From Eubacteriales bacterium (GTDB lineage: Bacteria > Bacillota > Clostridia > Oscillospirales > CAG-272), in assembly GCA_045587025.1 (NCBI GenBank), contig JAZNBK010000041.1, positions 40,037 to 104,036 of the forward strand: a DNA stretch of 64,000 nt, read 5' to 3'. Shown piece after piece: positions 53,563-62,594 of the stretch. A program made the position numbers and the translations under genes. Below the pieces are notes generated by a model, which searched no databases, was not told where the DNA came from, and saw only the letters and a program-made list of their open reading frames with translations. How positions within the stretch are numbered: the first letter of the stretch is position 1; each line of letters begins with the position of its first letter.

Positions 53563-54876
53563 TCACTCTCTGTTCAAAACTTCGGATATTAAAGAGTATC
53601 CGTCATTCTCGTTTGCAACTATTTTAACTCCGAGCTTCTTTGAAAGCTCGTCGATACTCATACCGCACAAGAACAAATCTCTGTCATAACGCAACGCATT
53701 TGCAGGCAAAATCAATTTATCTCCAAGCTCTTTTCCCACTAACTGCTCGAATATATCCTTCCCTGTCAAAAGTCCCGCTACGGTAATCTGCTCTCCGAAA
53801 TAATTATTCTTTATCTTATAAACGTTTACCTTTACCTCAGGATACAAGCTTTCGAGCTTTTCGCACATTGCTTTAATGTGCGGATATACAGCATAGCCCG
53901 TAGCGACAGAGACGCAGGACTCCTTTTTTGGCGTTTCGCCATAATTCATCATTTGGGAAAGCTCGAAATCAAATTCACTCTGCAAGGAGCGTAACATACC
54001 CACTCCATTTTCTATCTGACTGTATTCCTCATAATATTCTTCGCTCGGTATATCAAGTCCTGCCTTCAGGTAAAGCTCGTCGCCTGCGAAAAATAATCTG
54101 GTCCCGTTTTTACTTTTAAACGCTTCTGAAAACTCATCTATTTGAGCAATAATACTCGCGCACTCCTCGGGTGAAAATGGCGACAGCGGATAAAGCCCGT
54201 CTCTGAAATCGGTAAGCCCTGCAGGAACGATAGACACACTCTCAAGCGACGGATAGAGAGAGGAAAGGTCTCGCATCGTCCTGTCAAGATCTATGCCGTC
54301 GTTTATTCCTCTGCACAAAACAATCTGTCCGTGCATTTTTATACCGGCTTCAGCAAGCTTTTCAAGATATGACAGAACCTCGCCAGCGCGCTTGTTATTC
54401 ATCATTGAAACACGCAGTTCGGGGTTTGTCGTATGAATTGAAACGTTTATCGGAGAAAAACGCATTTTTATAATGCGGTCTATGTCCTTGTCCTGAAGGT
54501 TCGTCAAGGTTATATAGTTTCCGTGCAAAAAGGAGAGTCGCGAGTCGTCGTCCTTAAAATACAGGGTTTCTCTCATTCCCTTCGGCAGCTGGTCAATAAA
54601 GCAGAAGATACATTTGTTTTTGCAGGACTGCTTTTTGTCCATAAGAGGTGTTTCAAAGCAAAGCCCTATATCGTCGTATATACCCTTTTTAATCTTTACC
54701 GAAAAGATTTTTTCTTCTCTTTTTAAAGATAATATTATCTTTTTTTCTGCGAGATAAAAGCGATAATCGAGAACGTCGTTTATATCATTCCCATTAATAG
54801 AAATAAGTATATCGCCTTCCCTTATTCCTGCGCTTTCGGCAGAAGAATTTTTTTCTACTCCAACTATACTAACCAT
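53563..54876 (-). CDS. PDZ plus radical-SAM-like DUF512 protein
   Basis: ATG 54876 with RBS ggaga (the track start at 54903 is a TTG). PDZ-like segment SAESAGIREGDILISING. Cys cluster CKNKCIFCF. 437 aa. Confidence 0.8.
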   Translation of the reverse strand: MVSIVGVEKNSSAESAGIREGDILISINGNDINDVLDYRFYLAEKKIILSLKREEKIFSVKIKKGIYDDIGLCFETPLMDKKQSCKNKCIFCFIDQLPKGMRETLYFKDDDSRLSFLHGNYITLTNLQDKDIDRIIKMRFSPINVSIHTTNPELRVSMMNNKRAGEVLSYLEKLAEAGIKMHGQIVLCRGINDGIDLDRTMRDLSSLYPSLESVSIVPAGLTDFRDGLYPLSPFSPEECASIIAQIDEFSEAFKSKNGTRLFFAGDELYLKAGLDIPSEEYYEEYSQIENGVGMLRSLQSEFDFELSQMMNYGETPKKESCVSVATGYAVYPHIKAMCEKLESLYPEVKVNVYKIKNNYFGEQITVAGLLTGKDIFEQLVGKELGDKLILPANALRYDRDLFLCGMSIDELSKKLGVKIVANENDGYSLISEVLNRE

Positions 54877-54954
54877 ATTTTCTCCAAAGAATTTATAGAC
54901 CAAGCTTGTTTTTAAGCTACATGCTTAGAAAACAATAATACTCCAATATAATAC

Positions 54955-54983
54955 ATTATATCACAGAATAAGCTATAATGCAA
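54955..54983 (-). promoter_or_regulatory. Promoter of DUF512-der-obg operon
   Basis: The minus strand reads TTGCAT (54983-54978), a 17-nt spacer, then TATAAT (54960-54955). Confidence 0.6.
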
Positions 54984-55017
54984 ATAATTTTCTATTTTAA
55001 AGAAAGTTTTATCGCAT

Positions 55018-55048
55018 AAAAATGCGCGCCCCTGAAAATCAGGGGCGC
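55018..55048 (-). terminator. Terminator of beta-helix paralog A
   Basis: gcgcccct (55026-55033) pairs with aggggcgc (55041-55048). On the minus strand a T-run follows (A-run 55018-55022 on +). Confidence 0.85.
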
Positions 55049-55067
55049 TTAGTTGTAAATTCAATTT

Positions 55068-58000
55068 TTATTTGATTTTACCCATTCTCGTATAGTCGAT
55101 TTCCTGCAAGATTCTGACGTATGCCGCATTCATCTCGGAGGATATATCATTCCAAGCAGATTCAGGAATTGTATAATTGTAATCCTTGATATTCGGCATT
55201 ACATCCGAATAATCGTATTGATAGTAGTTGTTATAAACCGCTTCCATACCCTCGATAAAGCCAGCGTAACCACGGTTACGTACGTCATTTGTAATAACGT
55301 CGTCAAGAGTATCGCCTTCTCTCAATCCGCCTAAGATCAGATTGTTGGATATAAACGCAAATGCGGGCTGTCTTTCAAGACGCTCCATTGCTGCGATATC
55401 GTCAAGAGTTACGGTAAATCCTCTTCCGTTTGAAGCAACCAGAGTACGCTCAGGCATTATCGCTATCTGCCCATTTGCATTGATATACTCGTATTCGGGG
55501 ATATAAAGCATTTCGCCATCCTCAACGTCGTCGGCATAAACGAACTGCTTACCGGAAAGCTGCTGCGGAGCGTAGGTAGGCATATATCCGCCCATTTCAT
55601 ACGCCTTCAAAATAAGCTTGATGCGTGTGAAGTTCGCCATATATTCGGGGAAGCGCTGCTTGAGAATCTCGGTGTTCTGATCATTGAAGCGCGCTTTGAT
55701 CTCGGCCTCTCTGTCGCCCTTCCACCAGTGACCTGCCTCGTTGTTTCTCGGATCTCCGTCACCGTAGTAGTAATAGAAGAGACCTGACTGGTTGATTGAA
55801 TCTCCTTGGGTAATCTTTCCTGTTGCTTCATCGTAGTCAAGACCCTTTGCATCCGCAATCTCCGCTAAGCTACGGAAAATCATAATGTTCGCATAGCATA
55901 CGTTACCGTGTCCTGAGGACGAATACCAGCCCTTATTGAAGTTGGATTTTGAACCGAGTGTGCTTACTATATTTCCGTACGCGTAAATTCCGCTTGATTT
56001 ACCGTCGTTGTAAACTGCGTTATGTGTAGCGTGGAACTTGTGGAAAAGGTTAAAACGAATATGGTGTCCGCGTGTATTCGAGCCAGTCATATAAATCATA
56101 CCGCCGTCGGTTACATATCTGTTACCGCCTGCGAATTCGTTATACTCAATAATGTTCTCAAGACCCAGATTAGTCATACAGCAGTCAAGAAAAGTGTTGT
56201 GTGAAACAACTACCCGACAGCCGTTTACGCTAAGTCCGTACGGAGAGGTCGCGCTTGAAGCGTTAATAACGTTATTCTGTATAATAATGTTGCTCGGCTT
56301 AACAGCTGTTACGGAATCTGCGCCCGAAATTGCAACCATAGCACCTGCGATTGCATTAGAAAATTCGGAATGAATCAAAGCGCAGTTGTAAGAGTTCTGG
56401 AAGTTAAAGCCGGTAGATACCGTATTCTTGGTAGAAATATTCTGAACCACAACGTTGCTACAAGCGTAGAAGTGCATACCTGCTCCGCCCGTGCCGTCTA
56501 TGTGAATGTTATCAACGATAGCGTACTCAACATCGAGCATCTGGAACGCAACTATACCGTCATCGCCAGAATAAGCAATCTTCTGACCTGCAAAGTTATC
56601 GGACTTCGGATAAATATAGAGATTACCCGTTTCCTTGTCTACAAACCATTCGCCGGGAGCGTCAAGCGCTTCTATAGCATTGAAGAGGTAGAATACGTTA
56701 CGTCCTGCCGCCGAGTTCGACGAAACGAGCGCTCCGTATCTGCAGGGCTGTACGGATTTAAGCGAATAGTAGCCGTCATCCTTTTTCGTGCCTAAGTAAT
56801 TGCCCAAATGTACGCAGTTGGGGTCTATATTGTAATATTCGAATTCCCAACCGGAATAAACGTTACCGTAATACCAGATATCTCCCGTGTTTATCCAGGA
56901 AAGAGGTCCGTCAGCGATGTTCTTGTTGGGATAACGAATTTCCCAACCAATAACAGAATCGAGAGTGAGCGTTCCGCCGGAACTGTTTACTCTTTCAACC
57001 CAACCGGCATAGTTCACGGTCGCAGTATCCGAAACGCTTCCTATATCATATACGTGGGTGAAGTACAACAAATCGGTAGGATCGATATCGGTTCCGTCCT
57101 CATAATAAGCGTTAGGATAACGAGCAAGAGTGAATTCCTCGCCATCGACAAAAACGCTTGCGTGTCCTGAGATGGACACTTCTCTTAAGTCTGAGGGCTC
57201 AAAGCCGTTTTCAAAAAGATTTACGTATAATACTTTATCCTTTGCTTCGTCGGGAATGCGCGACGCTATACTGTCATTTGCTGCGTCTATCTTCTTGAAT
57301 TTACTACCGTCTATCGTCTGGTTTGTGGTAATCGTTACCTTCTCATCACCGTATCCTATAACGAAGAGAGGAGACAAAATCGTACCGCTATTGGTCGAGC
57401 TGAACTTAACGGTCTCATCAACGAAGTAGGTACCGCCCTCTATCCAGATAGCGCCGCCACCCTCGTTGTTCATCAATTCAATCGCCTTGGCTATAGTCTT
57501 AACGGGCTTCTTCTTGGTACCCGAATTTGCATCGTCGCCGCTATTTGCGGATACGTAAACCTGCTTCTTTGCCTTAGATGCGGGGTAATCGTCTATCGAA
57601 ATTTTATCAATGATGGTAACCTCGTCGGGAAGCTCATCCTTAGTGATAAAGAATCTGTCCATTACGGAATCAACGTTTTCGATAGCGTTATCATATTCCT
57701 CGCTGATATCAGCAAGCTCAGAGGGGAGATTGTGATTTATAAGGGTAGGAGCAACGAATTCCTCGCCAAAAACGTTCTCAATCTTTATGTCGTAGCTCTT
57801 GCCCTTAGGAATTTTCAAAAGAGTTTCGTTAATAAATTCTCTCAATGCGAAGGTAATAGCAGAATCGCCGTTTCCGTAAAGAGCAAGCTTGTTCGCCGTT
57901 TGCTCCATCGCATACGTGCCAACGTCAAGCTCCTTTGCGGTCTCTGCTCTTCTCGTGTTTCCTACGAGAATCTCATAGGTTACCTCTTTTTCAGAAGGAG

Positions 58001-58658
58001 CAACTATCGGAACGTCTGCGCCTGCTATGCTGGCAAATAGCTCCTGCAAATATGCCGTCATAACCTTTTCTGACGAGCTTATGCCGTTCCCTCTTACTAT
58101 AACGAAATCGGAAACGTCTACGCCGCCGATGGTCAGAGTATCTACAGTGTACTCACTCTTACGGGTATATCCTTCGCCCGCAGGATACAAGAGTCCCTCG
58201 TCTGCGACAAGATATGACATGAAATGCTCAAGAGCCCTCAAGGTGTATTTTTCAGAACCACCGATAATAAGCAAGCGATTATTTACCATACCGATAAAGT
58301 AGTCATTTGCGCGGAGGGTTTCATACACCTGTTTACTTTCCTCACGGTTTGTATTACCTATAAGAATCTCAAGAGTTCCTACAGGAGCGGTCTCGCCCGG
58401 CATAAGAAAGTCGGAGCCGGCTCTGGGCATGCTTCCGTATTTCGTCCTGAGTGACGTAACAAAATCAACGGCAGCATCTGACAATGTACTTGAAGCGCCT
58501 TCAGGATAGACAATGGAATAGTCAAGCCAATTCAAAAGCGCCTCCGTTGCATACGTAGGGATTTCTTCTTCGTCGCCGCTCGGTTTTTTGTTACATGACA
58601 CCAATGAAAATGCCAAAACAACAGCGAGCAACAACACTAACCATTTTGCTTTTTTCAT
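55068..58658 (-). CDS. Large surface lipoprotein with right-handed parallel beta-helix region (paralog A)
   Basis: ATG 58658 with RBS GGAGGAAA (the track ORF starts at 58685). 1196 aa. Signal peptide plus lipobox MKKAKWLVLLLAVVLAFSLVSC. Duplicated N-terminal module (LEILIGNTNREES... and YEILVGNTRRAET...). Beta-helix entry motif KKQVYVSANSGDDANSGTKKKPVKTIAKAI...GGGAIWIEGGTY. PbH1-like repeats (VDNIHIDGTGG..., VVVQNISTKN...). Confidence 0.8.
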   Translation of the reverse strand: MKKAKWLVLLLAVVLAFSLVSCNKKPSGDEEEIPTYATEALLNWLDYSIVYPEGASSTLSDAAVDFVTSLRTKYGSMPRAGSDFLMPGETAPVGTLEILIGNTNREESKQVYETLRANDYFIGMVNNRLLIIGGSEKYTLRALEHFMSYLVADEGLLYPAGEGYTRKSEYTVDTLTIGGVDVSDFVIVRGNGISSSEKVMTAYLQELFASIAGADVPIVAPSEKEVTYEILVGNTRRAETAKELDVGTYAMEQTANKLALYGNGDSAITFALREFINETLLKIPKGKSYDIKIENVFGEEFVAPTLINHNLPSELADISEEYDNAIENVDSVMDRFFITKDELPDEVTIIDKISIDDYPASKAKKQVYVSANSGDDANSGTKKKPVKTIAKAIELMNNEGGGAIWIEGGTYFVDETVKFSSTNSGTILSPLFVIGYGDEKVTITTNQTIDGSKFKKIDAANDSIASRIPDEAKDKVLYVNLFENGFEPSDLREVSISGHASVFVDGEEFTLARYPNAYYEDGTDIDPTDLLYFTHVYDIGSVSDTATVNYAGWVERVNSSGGTLTLDSVIGWEIRYPNKNIADGPLSWINTGDIWYYGNVYSGWEFEYYNIDPNCVHLGNYLGTKKDDGYYSLKSVQPCRYGALVSSNSAAGRNVFYLFNAIEALDAPGEWFVDKETGNLYIYPKSDNFAGQKIAYSGDDGIVAFQMLDVEYAIVDNIHIDGTGGAGMHFYACSNVVVQNISTKNTVSTGFNFQNSYNCALIHSEFSNAIAGAMVAISGADSVTAVKPSNIIIQNNVINASSATSPYGLSVNGCRVVVSHNTFLDCCMTNLGLENIIEYNEFAGGNRYVTDGGMIYMTGSNTRGHHIRFNLFHKFHATHNAVYNDGKSSGIYAYGNIVSTLGSKSNFNKGWYSSSGHGNVCYANIMIFRSLAEIADAKGLDYDEATGKITQGDSINQSGLFYYYYGDGDPRNNEAGHWWKGDREAEIKARFNDQNTEILKQRFPEYMANFTRIKLILKAYEMGGYMPTYAPQQLSGKQFVYADDVEDGEMLYIPEYEYINANGQIAIMPERTLVASNGRGFTVTLDDIAAMERLERQPAFAFISNNLILGGLREGDTLDDVITNDVRNRGYAGFIEGMEAVYNNYYQYDYSDVMPNIKDYNYTIPESAWNDISSEMNAAYVRILQEIDYTRMGKIK

Positions 58659-58707
58659 AATTTCCTCCAAAAAATTTTTTATCAAAAAAATATAATTATA
58701 CTATCTA

Positions 58708-58736
58708 ATTATACCTTATTTACACCTAAAAGTAAA
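58708..58736 (-). promoter_or_regulatory. Promoter of paralog A
   Basis: The minus strand reads TTTACT (58736-58731), a 17-nt spacer, then TATAAT (58713-58708), 50 nt upstream of the ATG. Confidence 0.55.
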
Positions 58737-58790
58737 TACGGAATTATAGACAAATTTTGAGCTCGTTTTTTGTTTATATTGCTATTTCCC

Positions 58791-58825
58791 AAAAAATATT
58801 CACCCGAACCGTATTGATTCGGGTG
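58791..58825 (-). terminator. Terminator of paralog B
   Basis: cacccgaa (58801-58808) pairs with ttcgggtg (58818-58825). On the minus strand it is followed by aatatttttt. Confidence 0.8.
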
Positions 58826-58843
58826 AACAACAAATTTGAATTT

Positions 58844-61800
58844 TTATTCAATTTTACCCATTACGCTGAAATCAATTCCCTGTAATATTCTCACAAAAGA
58901 AGTGTTCATTTCCTGCGTTATACTATCCCACGCCTCTTTTGGAATCGTATAATCGCGCTTACTGATATTAGGCATAATGCTCGAGTAATTATACTTATGA
59001 TAATTGTTATATATATCGCTCGTGCCTTCAATATATCCCTTATATTTTTCGACGCCGTTCGTTATCACGTCATCAATCGTATCATTTGGCTTCAACCCAC
59101 CTAAAACGAGGTTGTTCGATATGAAGGAAAAGGCGGGCTGTCTTTCTAAGCGCTCCATTGCGGCAATATCATCGTACGTTACGGTAAATCCATTTCCGTT
59201 TTCAGCCGTCAAGGTGCGCTCGGACATCACGGCAATTTTTCCCGATTCGTCGATATACTCGTATTCGGGAATGTAAAGCTTTTCCCCATCCTCAACGTCG
59301 GTATAAATAAACTCCTTGCCGGAAAGTGTTTTTGGCTCATAGGTAGGTCTGTATCCCTCGTCATACGCCGCCAAAATCAACTTAATGCGAGTAATGTTTG
59401 CCATATAGTCGGGAAAACGCTGCTTCAAAATGGCGGTATTGGATTTATTGAAGCGATAATCTATCTCTTCAATTCTATGACCTGTCCACCAGTGCCCTGC
59501 TTCACTGTTTCTCGAATCACCGTCGCCGTAATAGTAATAGAAAAGTCCCGATTCGTCTATTGAATCGCCCGTTATGTATTTTTTTGTCTCTTCATCCAGG
59601 TCGAGTCCCTTTGCCGCTGCTATCTCCTCTTGGCTACGGAATATCATAATATTAGCATAGCATACGTTTCCGTGTCCTGAGGATGAATACCAGCCCTTAT
59701 TGAAGTTGGAGTCCGAGCCAAGCGTGCTTACTATATTTCCGTATGTATATACGCCGCTCGTTTTGCCGTCGTTATAAACTGCGTTATGAGTCGCGTGGAA
59801 TTGGTGGAAAAGATTATAACGAATATGATGGCCGCGGTTATTATATCCCGTCATATATACCATGCCTCCGTCGGTTACGAACTTATTTCCGCCGACAAAT
59901 TCGTTATATTCAATTATATTCTCAAGACCTGACGTCGTTATACAGGCATCTATGAAGTCATTGTGCGAAATAACTATACGACAACCGGTCGCCTGAAGTC
60001 CATTTGATCTCGTCTGACTCGTATCTCTGACTATATTGTTCTGGAAAATTATATTAGTCGGCTTTAATTCGGTTATCGAATTGACGTTCGTAATATTAAC
60101 CATAGCACTATCTTTAGAGTGCGAAAATTCCGAGTGTGTTACGGCTATATTATTCGAAAGCTCAATTACCAAGCCGGAATATCTGACGTTGGTCGTCGAT
60201 ATGTTCTGAAGCACGACGTTATCGCAAGAGAAGGTATATACGCCCGTGTGGCTCGCGCCGTTCACGTGTATATTATCAACGACTGCGAACGAAGTCTCAA
60301 GCATCCTCAGAAGCGTTAATTTGTTATCGCCCGAATAAGTGATATATTGCTTTGAAATATCTTCTTTTTTAGGATAAATATAGAGGTTTCCGGTTTCTTT
60401 ATCTATAAACCATTCGCCAGGCACATCGAGCGCCTCGATAGCGTTAAACATATAGAAGGTGTTGCGGCCTGCGGCAGAGTTTGACGACACGCTAGCGCCG
60501 TATATACATGGCTGTACCGATTTTAGAGAATAGAAGCCGCCTTCCTTTTCAAAGCCCAGAAGGTTACCATCGTGGACGCAGTTCGGGTCCATCGTATAAT
60601 ATCCGAACTCCCAACCGGAATACACACTTCCGTAATACCAGATATCACCCGTATTTACCCAAGAGCATACCTCGTCGTCATTATCTTCGTAATGGGGTAG
60701 CTGAATCTCCCAACCTATCTGGGAATTCATCGTGAGTCCCGAGCCGGGTGAATTTACTCTCTCTACCCAGCCCGCATAGTTCATTGTCTCCTTCATCGAG
60801 ACGCTTCCCACTTCATACACGTGGTTGAAATACATCAAATCCTTTATATCGATATGCGTTACCCCGTCCTCGTAATACGCATTCGGGAATCGGGCTAAGG
60901 TAAATTCCTCGCCATCCACGTAAAGAGTAGCGCTTCCGTCCGTAGTTACCTTTGGAATATCGTTATAAGTAAATCCAAGATCATAAAGGTTGGTATAAAC
61001 GACCTTATCCTGCGCTTCCTCGGGAAGACGCGCCGCTACCTTATCAATAGTAGGATCTACCTTTTTAAAATTCTGATTGTTTATTAAGGTGTTATCTGTA
61101 ATGACTACCGGCTCGTCGCCGTACCCGATAATAAACAAAGGAGATTCAATAGTTCCGCTATGTGTAGAATCAAAGGTGATAGATTCGGTGACGGTATACA
61201 TTCCTCCCTCTATCCAAATAACACCGCCTCCCGCATTTTTCATTTTTTCGGCGGCCCTGGCTATACTTCTCAAGGGAGCTTCCTCTGTGCCGGGGTTTGA
61301 ATCACTTCCCCTTTTTACCGAGACGTAGATCTGCTTCTTTTGCTTGGATGCGGGGAAATCGTCTAATGAAATTTTGTCGAGAACGGTAATCTCTTCGGGC
61401 AGCTCATCCACAGTTATAAAAAACCTGTCTATTACAGAATCGACGTTCTCTACTGCATTTTCATATTCACCGCTGATGTCGACTATTTTCAGGGGAAGAT
61501 TAGTTTCTACGAGGGAAGGCATTATGACCGTCTCGCCAAAAACGTTTTCAACCGAAATGTTATGTCCGCTACCCTTTGGTATTCCCGTCAGCTCATTTTT
61601 AACAAAGGTCTTTATTGCATATGAAATCGAATGCTTTCCGTTGCCGTAAATGGCGAGCTTAGAGTCGGTCTGCTCTATCGCATACGTATCCTCCTCAAGC
61701 AACTTCGAGGTCTCTTCCCTCTTAGTATCTCCTATGAGAATTTCATAAGCGGATTCCTCTGCGTAAGAATTGACCTTCGGAACATCTACGCCACAGATAT

Positions 61801-62425
61801 CGGCAATCTGCCCTCTTAGCTCGTCTACCATCCGCTTGTCCTCGTCACTCAACCCCTCTCCGAGAACTATGGTATATTCCGACACGCCAACTCCGCCTAT
61901 CGTTAAATAATCTATCAGATAGTCATACCTGTAGGTATATTCGATTTCGGGGCGCAGAAGTCCCTCGTCTCCAAGAAAATACTCTTTAAAATATTCTATT
62001 GCCTTTACGGTATACTCGTCAGAGCCGCCTATAATGACCAAGCGGTCTCCTGCCATACCGACGAAATAGTCGTTTACACGAAGCTCTTCGAATATCTCTA
62101 TACTTTCCTTACGGTTCGTGTTGCCTATAAGTATCTCCCGCGCCGTCTCAGAAATTTCATCTTCCGATGCAACGAAATCGGAGATAGCTTTGAGGTCTAC
62201 GTTATATTTTTCGGATATACCTCTGCTTAAATCCAAAAAGGCATCGGATATCGACTCGGAGACGTTATCTGAATATACGAGCGTGTATTCCTGCCAATTT
62301 TCAAGCAGCGCCGCCTTGAACGTAGTAACCTCATCTTCCACAACGGGCGGTTGTTTATGACACGATGTAAAGGCAAGCGCCAAAGAAAAAACAATGACTG
62401 CTATCAAAAAAATTCTTTTTTTCAT
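58844..62425 (-). CDS. Large surface lipoprotein with right-handed parallel beta-helix region (paralog B)
   Basis: 1193 aa. MKKRIFLIAVIVFSLALAFTSC signal peptide and lipobox. Collinear with paralog A over its full length, with the same module order and conserved blocks. Confidence 0.8.
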   Translation of the reverse strand: MKKRIFLIAVIVFSLALAFTSCHKQPPVVEDEVTTFKAALLENWQEYTLVYSDNVSESISDAFLDLSRGISEKYNVDLKAISDFVASEDEISETAREILIGNTNRKESIEIFEELRVNDYFVGMAGDRLVIIGGSDEYTVKAIEYFKEYFLGDEGLLRPEIEYTYRYDYLIDYLTIGGVGVSEYTIVLGEGLSDEDKRMVDELRGQIADICGVDVPKVNSYAEESAYEILIGDTKREETSKLLEEDTYAIEQTDSKLAIYGNGKHSISYAIKTFVKNELTGIPKGSGHNISVENVFGETVIMPSLVETNLPLKIVDISGEYENAVENVDSVIDRFFITVDELPEEITVLDKISLDDFPASKQKKQIYVSVKRGSDSNPGTEEAPLRSIARAAEKMKNAGGGVIWIEGGMYTVTESITFDSTHSGTIESPLFIIGYGDEPVVITDNTLINNQNFKKVDPTIDKVAARLPEEAQDKVVYTNLYDLGFTYNDIPKVTTDGSATLYVDGEEFTLARFPNAYYEDGVTHIDIKDLMYFNHVYEVGSVSMKETMNYAGWVERVNSPGSGLTMNSQIGWEIQLPHYEDNDDEVCSWVNTGDIWYYGSVYSGWEFGYYTMDPNCVHDGNLLGFEKEGGFYSLKSVQPCIYGASVSSNSAAGRNTFYMFNAIEALDVPGEWFIDKETGNLYIYPKKEDISKQYITYSGDNKLTLLRMLETSFAVVDNIHVNGASHTGVYTFSCDNVVLQNISTTNVRYSGLVIELSNNIAVTHSEFSHSKDSAMVNITNVNSITELKPTNIIFQNNIVRDTSQTRSNGLQATGCRIVISHNDFIDACITTSGLENIIEYNEFVGGNKFVTDGGMVYMTGYNNRGHHIRYNLFHQFHATHNAVYNDGKTSGVYTYGNIVSTLGSDSNFNKGWYSSSGHGNVCYANIMIFRSQEEIAAAKGLDLDEETKKYITGDSIDESGLFYYYYGDGDSRNSEAGHWWTGHRIEEIDYRFNKSNTAILKQRFPDYMANITRIKLILAAYDEGYRPTYEPKTLSGKEFIYTDVEDGEKLYIPEYEYIDESGKIAVMSERTLTAENGNGFTVTYDDIAAMERLERQPAFSFISNNLVLGGLKPNDTIDDVITNGVEKYKGYIEGTSDIYNNYHKYNYSSIMPNISKRDYTIPKEAWDSITQEMNTSFVRILQGIDFSVMGKIE

Positions 62426-62470
62426 ATTTTCCTCCGAAAATCAAGCGTTTATAATTTTATTTACATCTTA

Positions 62471-62499
62471 ATTATACGTTAATTATCACTAAAAGTAAA
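62471..62499 (-). promoter_or_regulatory. Promoter of paralog B
   Basis: The minus strand reads TTTACT (62499-62494), a 17-nt spacer, then TATAAT (62476-62471), 46 nt upstream of the ATG. The geometry matches the paralog A promoter. Confidence 0.55.
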
Positions 62500-62547
62500 T
62501 AAGTAATTATTACAAACTTTTATTAATTTTTTGTATATATTGTCATT

Positions 62548-62585
62548 AAAAAAACTATCCACCCAAGCGAACTTCGGGTGGATAG
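62548..62585 (-). terminator. Terminator of paralog C
   Basis: ctatccaccc (62555-62564) pairs with gggtggatag (62576-62585). On the minus strand a T7 run follows (A-run 62548-62554 on +). Confidence 0.85.
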
Positions 62586-62594
62586 CCGTCTTAA

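Noticed and set aside
58669-58680. A6T6 tract in the paralog A 5' UTR, and A7/T7 runs in the first codons of paralog B, considered as slipped-strand phase-variation switches.
   Set aside because: The tracts are short (7 nt or less). They encode ordinary Lys/Phe signal-peptide residues or lie in the UTR, and they are not conserved between copies.
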